Assembly: GCA_020637395.1 (NCBI GenBank)
Contig: JACJWA010000003.1
Coordinates: 10,380-74,379, forward strand
Length of the DNA stretch: 64,000 nt
From: Calditrichota bacterium
GTDB taxonomy: Bacteria > Electryoneota > RPQS01
Direction of reading: 5' to 3'
A model generated the notes under the pieces. The model saw nothing but the letters and a program-made list of their open reading frames with translations, was not told the origin of the DNA and ran no database searches. Shown here piece by piece: positions 28,187 through 37,796 of this stretch (position 1 is the stretch's first letter; every line of letters begins with the position of its first letter). The translations under genes and the position numbers were made by a program.

Positions 28187-30532
28187 CTACTCCTGTGCGT
28201 TGGCAATACATATCTGACCCAATGCAATCGCGCCATCGTTGCAAGGGACGCTTTCCGGGAGAAGCACCCGCAGACCCTTGTGCTCCAGCTTCGTGCTCAA
28301 CTCATCGAGGAGAAATGCATTCTGGAAGCATCCTCCGGTCAATGCAACTGTATCTATCTTTAGCAAGTCAACTCCTTGGATCGTCATTTCGCTCCATGCT
28401 TCGACGATTGAGTCGTGAAACCGTCGCGACATTGTTTGGGGGGAGACACCTTGTCGAAGATCCCGCAAGAGTTCCCTGAACATTTGACGTGGATTCATTT
28501 CGATCATCCCGTTGTTTATCTCGATGCCAATACTATAAAGCCCTTGAAACTCACGATGCATGATTCCTTCAAGCCACATTGCCGCCTGCCCCTCGTACTG
28601 ATGTCGGACTCCAAAACCAATCAAAGCTGCTGTTGCGTCGAAGAGGCGACCCATACTGCTTGTCTCGGCGCACTTATTGATAAGCGCATGGTCTAATAAC
28701 AGTTGGAGTGAGTGGTCGCCGTATTTGTTCTTGATGTCCTTGATGATCACCGCATCTAATTCATAAACGTCAGCTCCAAATGCAGCATTCAGCCAAGCCA
28801 GCGCCATGCGCCATGGTTCACGCGCGGCCAAGTCGCCGCCCAGCATGGGGACGAGTGCTAGCCGCCCCATTCGATTGAAGAAGGAATTGTTCCCGTAGAG
28901 AAGCTCTCCGCCCCAAATCGTTCCGTCTGTTCCATACCCTGTTCCATCTAATATAATGCCCAGCGCAGGCTCCACTTCGTTATGTTCGGCCAAACATGCT
29001 GCGAGATGTGCATGGTGATGCTGGACCCTGCAGAGTGGAATATTGTGCGTCCTGCTCCACTTTTCCGCGAGTCTAGTCGAAATGTACTCCGGGTGCAAAT
29101 CACATACTGTTTGCTCTACATGCACGTCAAAGAGCGTCAGCATGTGATCTAGCGCGGTACGAGCTGCATCGTTGCACGAATCAGATTCGAGGTTTCCAAG
29201 ATACTGTGATAGTATCGCGGAGTCGTCCTTGCCGATAGCGAACGCATTCTTGAGATCAGCGCCGAAACCAAGTACCGGGACTTGGAAAGGCGGCTGAACA
29301 TGGACACGTCGAGGCACATAGCCGCGGGAGCGTCGCCACACTCGGGCACGATTCTTAACCACGCGTACAACAGAGTCATCGGCAAAGATCTGAATTTCTC
29401 GGTTATGCATCAGGACGCCGTCAGCGATTGTGGAGAGTCTCGTGCTCTCCAGTGAATCTCTGTATTCAATTGGATCGTCAGATACATTTGCGCTGGTCAT
29501 CACAAGCGGGCGTTGCACACTATTCATCAGCGCAAGGTGCAAAGGTGAATAGGGAAGCATCACCCCCAGCATCCTTGTGTCTGGTGCGACAGACGGTGCG
29601 ACGGGACATTCTGGCCTTCGTTGAAGCAATACGATCGGGGCCTGCGGCGAACGCAGACTTTTGCTCTCGTTTGGCGATACTTCGCACCAGCGTTCCACGA
29701 GTTGCATATCGGAAAGTAACACTGCAAACGGTTTGTCGTTTCTCCGCTTTCTGAGGCGCAGCGTCCTTACGGCCGCTTCATTGCATGCGTCGCAGCTGAG
29801 ATGGTATCCGCCAAGACCCTTGACAAGCAAAAGGCCGCCGTTTCTCAGGATCTGTGCGGCGTCATGTACGGGATCCGCTGCTTGCGACTCCGCCTGCCAC
29901 TTGCCGTTCTTGCGCCGCAGGAAACTTAATTGGGGACCGCATTCGGGACACGCGACTGGCTGCGCATGAAATCGTCGGTCAGTTGGAGTGTGGTATTCTT
30001 CAGAGCATTGTTCACACAAAGGGAATGAGGCCATCGTCGTCGCGGGGCGATCATAAGGTACTGACTTAATGATCGTGAACCGCGGTCCGCATTGTGTGCA
30101 ATTGATAAATGGATAAGCATGTCGCCTGTCGTTGTGACTCTCAAACTCGCGGCGGCAATCATTGCAGAGTGCTAAATCCGGCGGAATGTGGGCAAAGGAA
30201 GATCCCGTTTTTTCACTTTTACGAATTGTGAAACTTGAGTATTCTCTTGGCGCGTGTTCCGTAACGAGGAGTTCATCTATCCTTGCTGGAGCTGGCAAAT
30301 CTTGCTTCAGGCGCCGAACGAAGATATTTAGGTCCTTCAAGGCACCCTGCACATGTACCGTGACGCCACAGGAGTGATTCCATACTTCGCCGTTGAGGCA
30401 ATTCTCGGCCGCAAGCCGATAAACGAAAGGCCGAAAACCAACGCCTTGCACTACGCCGCGTACGTTAACTTCGTAGTGTGCGCACTGCGATTCGAGATTG
30501 ATTGCGGCAAGGTGTTCAGGAGCAGCGGCCAA
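28187..30532 (-). CDS. hypF: carbamoyltransferase HypF
   Basis: 781 aa. Acylphosphatase-like N-terminus (VRGVVQGVGFRPFVY); two CxxC-x18-CxxC zinc fingers; YrdC and Kae1-like parts. Confidence 0.95.
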   Translation of the reverse strand: MAAAPEHLAAINLESQCAHYEVNVRGVVQGVGFRPFVYRLAAENCLNGEVWNHSCGVTVHVQGALKDLNIFVRRLKQDLPAPARIDELLVTEHAPREYSSFTIRKSEKTGSSFAHIPPDLALCNDCRREFESHNDRRHAYPFINCTQCGPRFTIIKSVPYDRPATTMASFPLCEQCSEEYHTPTDRRFHAQPVACPECGPQLSFLRRKNGKWQAESQAADPVHDAAQILRNGGLLLVKGLGGYHLSCDACNEAAVRTLRLRKRRNDKPFAVLLSDMQLVERWCEVSPNESKSLRSPQAPIVLLQRRPECPVAPSVAPDTRMLGVMLPYSPLHLALMNSVQRPLVMTSANVSDDPIEYRDSLESTRLSTIADGVLMHNREIQIFADDSVVRVVKNRARVWRRSRGYVPRRVHVQPPFQVPVLGFGADLKNAFAIGKDDSAILSQYLGNLESDSCNDAARTALDHMLTLFDVHVEQTVCDLHPEYISTRLAEKWSRTHNIPLCRVQHHHAHLAACLAEHNEVEPALGIILDGTGYGTDGTIWGGELLYGNNSFFNRMGRLALVPMLGGDLAAREPWRMALAWLNAAFGADVYELDAVIIKDIKNKYGDHSLQLLLDHALINKCAETSSMGRLFDATAALIGFGVRHQYEGQAAMWLEGIMHREFQGLYSIGIEINNGMIEMNPRQMFRELLRDLRQGVSPQTMSRRFHDSIVEAWSEMTIQGVDLLKIDTVALTGGCFQNAFLLDELSTKLEHKGLRVLLPESVPCNDGAIALGQICIANAQE

Positions 30533-30535
30533 AGT

Positions 30536-31174
30536 TCAGATACCAGCTAAGAGCATCAATGCTGCGCACGAGACTATAGCGCCTCCAGCGAGAGCATGTG
30601 AGTAGTTTTTTGAGGAGTGGACGGAGATAAATGATAGTCCGCTCCAAGTGACGGCTACTGAGCCGACCATCGTACCTACGGTGAAAAACATAAAGGTGGC
30701 GCTCACTGAGATGAGGGACGCAGCACTAACAGTGGAGGCAGGAAACATCAAAAGCGGGATCAACGGTTCACAGGGACCAAGCACGAAAATGATGAAAAGC
30801 ACCCACGTTCCCGTTGAATTACCTAACCGGGATTCGTGCGAATATCGTGATTTGTAAGCATGGCGAAGTCCCCACAGCATGTAAGCGAGTCCAAAGCCAA
30901 GCAATAGCCAAGCCGCAAGTTCCCCGCGAAGTGTTTCTATGGCCTCCAACGTAAGCACTTTTGTGCCAAGATAAAGTCCTGCCAAGCCGATCACAACGGA
31001 GCTCAGGACGTGTCCAATTCCGCATAGTGCGGTCACAAGCAGGGTGCGCTTGAAGTTCCAACCGCGAGCGCGGCCAAGCGCAAGAAATGGAACATAATGG
31101 TCTGGGCCAAGAAGTGTGTGTGTCACCCCGAGCGTGGCTGCGGCGACGAGTAAGATATTGCTTTCTGTTGTCAT
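30536..31174 (-). CDS. putative nickel permease (HupE/UreJ- or NicO-like six-helix membrane protein)
   Basis: 212 aa, about 6 TM. HTLLGPDH motif in helix 1 resembles metal-permease signatures. Sits between hoxW and hypF. Confidence 0.5.
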   Translation of the reverse strand: MTTESNILLVAAATLGVTHTLLGPDHYVPFLALGRARGWNFKRTLLVTALCGIGHVLSSVVIGLAGLYLGTKVLTLEAIETLRGELAAWLLLGFGLAYMLWGLRHAYKSRYSHESRLGNSTGTWVLFIIFVLGPCEPLIPLLMFPASTVSAASLISVSATFMFFTVGTMVGSVAVTWSGLSFISVHSSKNYSHALAGGAIVSCAALMLLAGI

Positions 31175-31185
31175 GGTTTGTAGTT

Positions 31186-31638
31186 TCAGTTCTTTCTTGA
31201 AAGGCGCGTGTCAAAGGACTTGACATCCGCGACGATGTTGGGTAATGCCGCTTGAAGCGGTTCACCGAGCGAATCTCTTTCATCAAACTTGCTCGCGCCG
31301 ATGCTCAAAAGATAGGCGTCCGGCGATGCATCGAATAGCAACGCGGCCAGCTCAATCACGTCGGCAGGAGTGCAATGGTGGCTCGCTTGCGCACTACACA
31401 TTCCGTGAGGCGCGAGTGACTCAATAGTCCATTCACCTGGCGGCAGCAAAATAGACGCATCAATGAAAAGCACAGTCTCGTAATTCCTCAGTTTTTGCGA
31501 GTGTTCTATAGTTAACTGAGTTACACATTCGAGATCGGCGTGCATGTGTTGATGTGAAATAAGTTCAATTACACGCTGTGCGACACCGTCGTCGCCGCGC
31601 AGCGCGTTACCGATTCCTATGATTAGTGTTCTATGCAC
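31186..31638 (-). CDS. hoxW: [NiFe] hydrogenase maturation endopeptidase (HoxW/HycI family)
   Basis: LIIGIGNALRGDDGVAQ motif; 8-nt overlap with hoxH. Confidence 0.88.
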   Translation of the reverse strand: MHRTLIIGIGNALRGDDGVAQRVIELISHQHMHADLECVTQLTIEHSQKLRNYETVLFIDASILLPPGEWTIESLAPHGMCSAQASHHCTPADVIELAALLFDASPDAYLLSIGASKFDERDSLGEPLQAALPNIVADVKSFDTRLSRKN

Positions 31639-33061
31639 TGTCGCGGACTAACGTATCTCGAAGTTCAGAGTTGCCGTCATAGAGTTCGATGTGAAGCGGC
31701 ATCTGACCGACCGCGTGAGTTGAACAGCTTAAACACGGATCGTAGGCGCGTATCACGGCTTCAACACGGTTTAGCATTCCTTCAGTCAATTTGTCACCGT
31801 TTACATAACTGCGGGCGACTTGCAGAATGCTGCGATTCATTGCGAGGTTATTGTGGCCGGTGGCGATTATCATGTTCGCCCATTCCACCACGCCGTCTTG
31901 ATCGACATGATAGTGGTGGATGATCGTTCCGCGCGGAGCTTCCGCGACACCAATGCCGTCACGTGCGTTCGGCGCAGCTCCTGCGCGCACATGAGTATCA
32001 AGGATTGAGTCGTCAGAAAGTTTCTGTTCGAGCCGTTCAATTGAATAAAGGACTTCAATCAATCGTGCGAGGTGATTGTGATAGGAACTCGACGCCGGGT
32101 AACCGTACTTGGACCTAAACTCATCAAGTTCCGCGTCGGCCAGTGGCGTGCCGCAACGGGCAATAACATTCAATCGCGCAAGCGGCCCTACGCGGTACAT
32201 GCCATTCGGATAGCCCATCGGCTTGTAGTATGGAAATTTCATGAACGTCCACGGCTCCACCGCTTCGGCAATCAGCTCTTGGTAACGAGCGGGATCCCAC
32301 CCTTGTGTAATCACGTTTCCAGCTGAGTCAACGACTCTCAGTTTGCCGTCATAGTGCTGAATATTCCCCTGCTCATCCACCAGCCCCATGAACAGCGACG
32401 GAAAATTCCCGAAAGTTTCCATTTCGCTTTCGTATTTTCTGAGAATCGGTTTGAACGTCGCCAGGGCCCGCATCGCAATGTCTTTGACCTCGGGCAACTG
32501 TACTTGAATCCGATCTCGATGATCGGGCTTCAGGGGTTCGCTCACTCCGCCGGCCACGATCCATGCTGGATGAATGCGTTTTCCGCCCAGGAGTTCGATG
32601 GTCTGTTGACCGAATTGACGCAGGCGAATGCCATCACGGGCCAACTGCGGGTTCTTCGCGGCAAGGCCCGCAATATTTCGCGTGGCAGGGTTAGCATCGA
32701 ATCCGAATATGAAATCAGGCGCCGAAAGGTAGAACATACAGAGTGCATGGGACTGAATAATCTGTGCAAAGTTCATGATGCGGCGTAAGTCGCCCGCAGT
32801 GTCAGGAATCTTTACCGCGAGGATTTGGTCACACGCCTTGGCGCCCGCGACGAGATGCGCTACGGGACAGATACCGCACGAGCGTGCCATCAAAGATGGC
32901 ATCTCGTAATATGGACGCCCTTCACAGAATTTCTCAAAACCGCGAAACTGCGTTGTGTGAAACAGCGCACGCTCGACTGTCCCGCTGTCGTTCAAATGCA
33001 ACGTAATCTTGGCGTGCCCTTCAATCCGGGTAATAGGATCTATTGTTATGGTTTGAGTCAT
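31631..33061 (-). CDS. hoxH: NAD-linked bidirectional [NiFe] hydrogenase large subunit HoxH (group 3d-like)
   Basis: ITRIEGHAK, RSCGICPVAH N-terminal Ni ligands; C-terminal DPCLSCSTH followed by a cleavable extension. Confidence 0.93.
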   Translation of the reverse strand: MTQTITIDPITRIEGHAKITLHLNDSGTVERALFHTTQFRGFEKFCEGRPYYEMPSLMARSCGICPVAHLVAGAKACDQILAVKIPDTAGDLRRIMNFAQIIQSHALCMFYLSAPDFIFGFDANPATRNIAGLAAKNPQLARDGIRLRQFGQQTIELLGGKRIHPAWIVAGGVSEPLKPDHRDRIQVQLPEVKDIAMRALATFKPILRKYESEMETFGNFPSLFMGLVDEQGNIQHYDGKLRVVDSAGNVITQGWDPARYQELIAEAVEPWTFMKFPYYKPMGYPNGMYRVGPLARLNVIARCGTPLADAELDEFRSKYGYPASSSYHNHLARLIEVLYSIERLEQKLSDDSILDTHVRAGAAPNARDGIGVAEAPRGTIIHHYHVDQDGVVEWANMIIATGHNNLAMNRSILQVARSYVNGDKLTEGMLNRVEAVIRAYDPCLSCSTHAVGQMPLHIELYDGNSELRDTLVRDSA

Positions 33062-33067
33062 GTTGTG

Positions 33068-33601
33068 CTACTTTCCAAATCTCGTCATCAGTTTGATATC
33101 CGGCATACGTCCGCGAACCAGTTCCGTCAGCGCATAGTAGATCGTGTCGGCAGGCGGCGGACAGCCAGGCACGTGAAAATCCACTTTCACCACGTCGTGC
33201 ACGGGTACCACCTTGTCCAAAAGGCGGGGCAGATACTCCGATGGTGTAAGGGGGTTATGCTGCACCAAATGAAAATAGGCGCGGTCAATGGTCGCTTCCA
33301 CTCCGAACGGATTGCGCATAGCAGGCACATTTCCCGTGACGGCGCAATCACCGAGTGCCACGAGAGTCTTCGTGTGCGCCCGGACCTTCTTGATTTTCAC
33401 AACGTCTTCATTTGTGCTGACGGAACCTTCAATCAGCGTGATGTCTACGTTCTCGGGGAACGTTTTGATGTCCACAAGGGGACTATAAACGATTTCAACA
33501 TGCTCAAGCAACCCGAGAATTCGTTCGTCCGTGTCCAGAAACGACATGTGACAACCAGAACATCCGTCGAGCCAGACGGTTGCAAGTTTAATCTTCTTCA
33601 C
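33068..33601 (-). CDS. hoxY: [NiFe] hydrogenase small subunit HoxY
   Basis: ORF 33068..33634. GTG 33601 preceded by GGGAGG gives VKKIKLATVWLDGCSGCHMS, the typical N-terminus. Confidence 0.88.
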   Translation of the reverse strand: MKKIKLATVWLDGCSGCHMSFLDTDERILGLLEHVEIVYSPLVDIKTFPENVDITLIEGSVSTNEDVVKIKKVRAHTKTLVALGDCAVTGNVPAMRNPFGVEATIDRAYFHLVQHNPLTPSEYLPRLLDKVVPVHDVVKVDFHVPGCPPPADTIYYALTELVRGRMPDIKLMTRFGK

Positions 33602-34325
33602 GCGCTGCCTCCCGCATCTCAGCCAAGTGCGCAATCACGTCCCGATGCTTGAACTTCTCCCCGACGCTGCGCCTGCCTTTCTCTTTGATTGCTCCTGTTG
33701 GGCAAACCTGTACACACTTGCTGCAGCGTGTGCACGTGGGAGAGTTGCCCCAATCGTCGTCCAAATCGCTGACGATGCGCGCCTTGATTCCGCGTCCCAT
33801 GATGTCTAACGTGTGTGCGCCTTCTATATCGCTGCAAACGCGAACGCAGCGGCCGCAAAGGATACAGCGGTTATTATCCGACACAAAGCGGTCGTGCGTC
33901 GCATCCACGACGAATTTCGGATGGAGATAGGGCAATCGCACGTGATCCATGCCGAGCACTTCAGCAAGACTCTGAAGTTCGCAAAAGCCATTTGCGACAC
34001 AAACGGAACAAACGTGGTTGCGCTCTGTGAACAACAACTCAAGGATCCAACGCCGGAAACGCTGTAAACGCTCATTGTTGGTGATGACTTCCATCCCCTC
34101 CGCGACTTTTGTAATGCACGCGGGCACGAGTTTGTTATTGCCTTTGATTTCGACAAGACAAAGTCTGCATGCGCCGTAAGGGATTAGGCCTTCAAGATGG
34201 CAGAGCGTCGGAATGAAAACCTGATTCTGTTTGGCAACGTCGAGAATCGTTTCTCCGCCGCTCGCGCCGACGGGCTTCCCGTCTATCGTTAGTGTGATAA
34301 TCTGTACAGATTGTATTTCAGTCAT
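33588..34325 (-). CDS. hoxU: hydrogenase diaphorase Fe-S subunit HoxU (NuoG N-terminal-like)
   Basis: 2Fe-2S CHLEGLIPYGACRLC; 4Fe-4S motifs CILCGRCVRVC and CTRCSKCVQVCP. Confidence 0.9.
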   Translation of the reverse strand: MTEIQSVQIITLTIDGKPVGASGGETILDVAKQNQVFIPTLCHLEGLIPYGACRLCLVEIKGNNKLVPACITKVAEGMEVITNNERLQRFRRWILELLFTERNHVCSVCVANGFCELQSLAEVLGMDHVRLPYLHPKFVVDATHDRFVSDNNRCILCGRCVRVCSDIEGAHTLDIMGRGIKARIVSDLDDDWGNSPTCTRCSKCVQVCPTGAIKEKGRRSVGEKFKHRDVIAHLAEMREAAREED

Positions 34326-35953
34326 TTCGCGACTCCTTCAGCGGCAAGTACTTCGTGATCGGTAAGTTGAGCCTCATACTCGCTTCTGAAGAAACGCAGC
34401 GTGCTGAGTACAGGATTCGGCGCTGACTGTCCCAGCCCGCAGAGGCTGGTATGCTTGACCACTTCGCACAGTTCTTCCAGCAGTTCAAGATCGCGCTTAG
34501 TGCCTTCGCCGCGATTGATCTTGGCATGCAGCTCGTGCATTTGAGTTGTTCCGACGCGACAGGGCACGCACTTCCCACAGGATTCCGAAACCGAGAACTC
34601 CATGAAGTAGCGCGCGATGTCCACGATGCTTACGCTATCGTCAATGACCACCATGCCGCCGGAGCCCATAATGGATCCGAGGCTGGCGAGTGATTCGTAA
34701 TCCACGGGGGTATCCAGTTCGCTTTCCGGAATACAGCCTCCCGTTGGGCCGCCGGTTTGCACGGCCTTCAGTTTGTTTTGTCCTTCCATGCCGCCGCCAA
34801 TCTCATAGATGATTTCGCGCAGCGTTTCACCCATAGGCACTTCGATCAGCCCGACGTTTTTCACGTTTCCAGCAAGCGCAAAAACTTTAGTGCCCTTGCT
34901 GTTTTGGGTGCCGATGGACGCAAACCAATCTCCTCCGTTGCGAATAATGGAAGAAATATTCGCGTATGTTTCAACATTGTTAATAAGTGTTGATTTTCCG
35001 AACAGGCCGCGTTCCGCAGGATAGGGAGGTCGAGGACGTGGTGTTCCGCGCCCGCCTTCAATGGACGCGATCAAGGCTGTTTCTTCGCCGCAGACATATG
35101 CGCCCGCGCCCAGCCGCAGTTCAACATGGAAGCCATAGGTTGTGCCCATGATGCTTTGGCCGAGAAAAGTGTATTCTTCGGCCTGTTTGATGGCTTTGCG
35201 CAACCGCTCGTATGCCAATGGGTATTCAGCGCGAATATAAATATATCCTTTGTTTGCACCCACCGCATAGCCCGCGATGGCCATCCCTTCTAACACGCGA
35301 TGAGGATCACTTTCGAGCACACTTCGATCCATGAATGCGCCGGGATCGCCTTCGTCGGCATTGCAGACTACATATTTCTGCTGCTGACCAGTCTTGGCGA
35401 CTGTAGTCCACTTTAGGCCAGTCGGATAGCCCGCCCCGCCACGACCGCGCAACCCGCTTTTAATCACCTCACTGATCACTTCTGCCGGGCTCATCGTTGA
35501 GATCACCTTGTAGAGCGCGTGATAACCTTTTGCGGCAATGTAATCGTCAATCTGTTCAGGGTCAATCCTGCCGGAATTCTCGAGCACAATCTTCTTTTGC
35601 CGCGTGAAAAACGGCAGGTCTCTACTCATTTGAAGGCGCGCGACGGGTTGCTTGGCAAGGCTGTCCATGATTTCCGGCACATCCTCGGGCTTGACGGAGC
35701 AATAGACGATCCCCTCAGGCTCGATAGCGACGGCCGGGCTGCCCGCACAAGGGCCGATGCAGCCGACGCCTTTGACCAGACAAGAGTCGTTTAGACCGCG
35801 TGACGTGATTTCTTCTTGGAAGGCCCGCAGAAGTTTGCGGCTGCCTGCGGCAATGCAACCCGCGGCCACGCAAACATGAATGCGATGGTTCCGCTGTTCT
35901 TCGGCCTCACTTACTTTGCGACGGATATCGGAAAGATGATCAAGCGTCACCAT
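34322..35953 (-). CDS. hoxF: hydrogenase diaphorase NAD/FMN subunit HoxF (NuoF-like)
   Basis: GRGGAGYPTGLKW FMN site, ESCGKCVPCR 4Fe-4S, N-terminal thioredoxin-like 2Fe-2S domain. Confidence 0.92.
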   Translation of the reverse strand: MVTLDHLSDIRRKVSEAEEQRNHRIHVCVAAGCIAAGSRKLLRAFQEEITSRGLNDSCLVKGVGCIGPCAGSPAVAIEPEGIVYCSVKPEDVPEIMDSLAKQPVARLQMSRDLPFFTRQKKIVLENSGRIDPEQIDDYIAAKGYHALYKVISTMSPAEVISEVIKSGLRGRGGAGYPTGLKWTTVAKTGQQQKYVVCNADEGDPGAFMDRSVLESDPHRVLEGMAIAGYAVGANKGYIYIRAEYPLAYERLRKAIKQAEEYTFLGQSIMGTTYGFHVELRLGAGAYVCGEETALIASIEGGRGTPRPRPPYPAERGLFGKSTLINNVETYANISSIIRNGGDWFASIGTQNSKGTKVFALAGNVKNVGLIEVPMGETLREIIYEIGGGMEGQNKLKAVQTGGPTGGCIPESELDTPVDYESLASLGSIMGSGGMVVIDDSVSIVDIARYFMEFSVSESCGKCVPCRVGTTQMHELHAKINRGEGTKRDLELLEELCEVVKHTSLCGLGQSAPNPVLSTLRFFRSEYEAQLTDHEVLAAEGVAK

Positions 35954-36452
35954 GGATCACCTCCTCGAGTTTATCCAGTAACTCTTCAGCGGACAACCGG
36001 CCGAGTTCTTCTCCGTCCACACTGGCAATGGGAGCAAGTCCGCATGTGCCAATGCAGCAAGCGGATTGCAAAGTCAAGCTTCCGTCTGCGGAGACTTCGT
36101 CCAATGCCATGCCGTAGCGTTCTTTGAGCGCTTCAACCAGCTTGGGTACTCCTTTTATGTAGCAGGCCGTCCCCGTGCAGACGACGCAGTTGTGTGTGCC
36201 GGGCTTCTTTAGCGTGAAATACTGGTAAAAGGTCGCGACTCCATAGACTTTGCTTAGCGGCACACCCAGCGCGTCGGAAACATAGGTCAAGGAATCCCGG
36301 TCCAGATAGCCAAAGGCGTGCTGCACTGCGTGTAACGTTTCGATTAGCGCGTGGGGACTCTGTCCGTGCTTGCGCATCACCAATTGAACCCCTTTCCACT
36401 TCTCATCGGAATTAGGCGGATCGGGTAGATTTGATAGTCTCTGCATACTCAA
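35940..36452 (-). CDS. hoxE: hydrogenase diaphorase 2Fe-2S subunit HoxE (NuoE-like)
   Basis: CVVCTGTACYIKG ... CCIGTCGLAP cluster motif. TTG 36452 or ATG 36446 start. Confidence 0.9.
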   Translation of the reverse strand: MSMQRLSNLPDPPNSDEKWKGVQLVMRKHGQSPHALIETLHAVQHAFGYLDRDSLTYVSDALGVPLSKVYGVATFYQYFTLKKPGTHNCVVCTGTACYIKGVPKLVEALKERYGMALDEVSADGSLTLQSACCIGTCGLAPIASVDGEELGRLSAEELLDKLEEVIHGDA

Positions 36453-36475
36453 GATTTGTCTTTCATTAAGGAAAC

Positions 36476-36516
36476 TGAACAGTGTTCACTGATATGCCCT
36501 GATTGAACAGCGTTCA
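36476..36516 (-). promoter_or_regulatory. two 13-bp palindromic boxes TGAACA-N-TGTTCA (candidate operator pair) in the hoxE leader
   Basis: TGAACAGTGTTCA (36476-36488, perfect) and TGAACAGCGTTCA (36504-36516, one mismatch), 28 bp apart, 24-64 bp upstream of the hoxE start. Confidence 0.4.
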
Positions 36517-36567
36517 TTTTTTTCAACATTTTGTTACTACTTATTTTAAGTATAACGTCCTAAATAT

Positions 36568-36583
36568 TGTGAAAATTTTCACA
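36568..36583 (-). promoter_or_regulatory. perfect CRP-type palindrome TGTGA-N6-TCACA upstream of hoxE
   Basis: TGTGAAAATTTTCACA, a 16-bp perfect palindrome. On the hox sense strand, TATACT/TAAAAT -10-like hexamers lie about 22-33 nt downstream of the dyad centre. Confidence 0.45.
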
Positions 36584-36870
36584 TTTATCAACCCGTCTTA
36601 GTCAATGTGTGACTTTATTACTTCGATGCTAATCTTGAGGAATCATGATTTTAGTTAGCAGGCTTTTCGCGCAGAGGAATTGTAGGGCAGGTTCTCTTGA
36701 GAATACTGCATATAAAAGGGGTTAGATTTCGCGCCCAGCGATTAACTACGATGCGTTTGTGGGCCAGCACTTCTCATCACAAAGCTCGTGTGCCGCAACC
36801 GGAAGCAATCGGGATGGGTGTTTTAGCGCGGAAGACTGTACCAGTTTGAAAGTTAGCATATAATGGTAGG

Positions 36871-37152
36871 TTGGGGCAGCAGGAGGCTGGGATGGCAAGA
36901 GCTAAGGACAGGCCGGAGCAGATCATACGGATGCTAAGGGAGTTGGAAGTCGAGAACAGCCGGTTGAAGCGCGTGGTCGCGGATTTGACGTTGGACAAGC
37001 AGATTCTTGCGGACGCGTTAGCGGGGAAATTCTTAAGCCGAGCGGATCGCCGCAGAACGTTCCTGGCGGTCGCCGTTCGCGGGACGAAGACAGAGTATCG
37101 GAGCGGCGGGTGTGTCAGGTGGTGGGACGTTGTTTTGGACAATTGGTCTTGA
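36871..37152 (+). pseudogene. IS3-family OrfA remnant (HTH part deleted; leucine-zipper part and start of OrfB-like region retained)
   Basis: RPEQIIRMLRELEVENSRLKRVVADLTLDKQILADALAGKF matches the IS3-family OrfA C-terminus. No DDE domain follows. Confidence 0.6.
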
Positions 37153-37199
37153 AATCGAAAATTGACGATGTTCATGTTCGGTTGCGGCCACCGTGATGT

Positions 37200-37301
37200 T
37201 GTCCCAAATCTGTCGTCATCGCCTTGTAACATCATATAAAACGAACACTTCCCATTTACTCTTAATCAATTAGTTCGGGGTTCGAGTCCCTGTGGGTGCA
37301 C
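37200..37301 (+). repeat. direct repeat copy 2: non-tRNA arm + 3' half of tRNA-Lys(CUU) (ends ...TGGGTGCA-cac, no CCA, no 5' half)
   Basis: Ungapped hand alignment to 23742-23843: 89/102 identical; the last 44 nt (anticodon loop to discriminator) differ at one base. Confidence 0.75.
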
Positions 37302-37304
37302 ACG

Positions 37305-37340
37305 AAAAAGCCAGCAATCCTAATAGGTTGCTGGCTTTTT
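37305..37340. terminator. bidirectional rho-independent terminator
   Basis: AAAAAGCCAGCAA-loop-TTGCTGGCTTTTT, between tRNA-like copy 2 (+) and the convergent response-regulator gene (-). Confidence 0.8.
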
Positions 37341-37382
37341 CTCTTGCTCGGTTCTACGCACTGGCCGTCGAAAGATGGCCTG

Positions 37383-37796
37383 CTACTGCGTTTCCGGTTC
37401 CAAGGCAAGCAGTTTGGCAATCGTACTTAGAAGCACGGTGTTGTCCCACGGCTTGGGAAAGACGACGTTGGCCCCAAACATCTTGGCCGCTGACAAATAG
37501 TCATTCGGACCAACCCGGCCGCCGCCTGAAACTGCGATGATCTTGCAGTCCGGCGCAACCTGTCGGATCTCCATGATGGTCTCGAGACCTTCTTTGTCCG
37601 GCATGATGATATCCGTGATGACCAAATCTATCCGGCGCTCTCTGAGAATCGAGGCAACACCTACGCCGCTCTCCAAGCTTACGACCTCAAAGCCTTTGCG
37701 GTGCAGCAGAGTCTGTAGTGCGAGGCGTACCGCCTCGTCATCATCCACGATCAGGATGGTCGGCATTTTGTCCTCACTTTCGGACATTGTTCTCAT
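37383..37796 (-). CDS. single-domain response regulator (CheY-like receiver)
   Basis: ILIVDDDEAVR...DLVITDIIMPDKEG...KIIAVSG receiver motifs. Start may be the downstream ATG 37766 (MPTILIV). Confidence 0.88.
   Translation of the reverse strand: MRTMSESEDKMPTILIVDDDEAVRLALQTLLHRKGFEVVSLESGVGVASILRERRIDLVITDIIMPDKEGLETIMEIRQVAPDCKIIAVSGGGRVGPNDYLSAAKMFGANVVFPKPWDNTVLLSTIAKLLALEPETQ

Noticed and set aside
32825-33652. 275-aa plus-strand ORF
   Set aside because: Antisense to hoxH/hoxY, both of which carry unambiguous hydrogenase motifs.
36476-36516. Calling the TGAACA-N-TGTTCA boxes LexA (Cheo-type GAAC-N4-GTTC) operators
   Set aside because: The spacing here is GAAC-N3-GTTC (an odd 13-bp palindrome), which does not fit the Gram-positive or cyanobacterial LexA consensus as I recall them. 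Left as operators for an unidentified factor.
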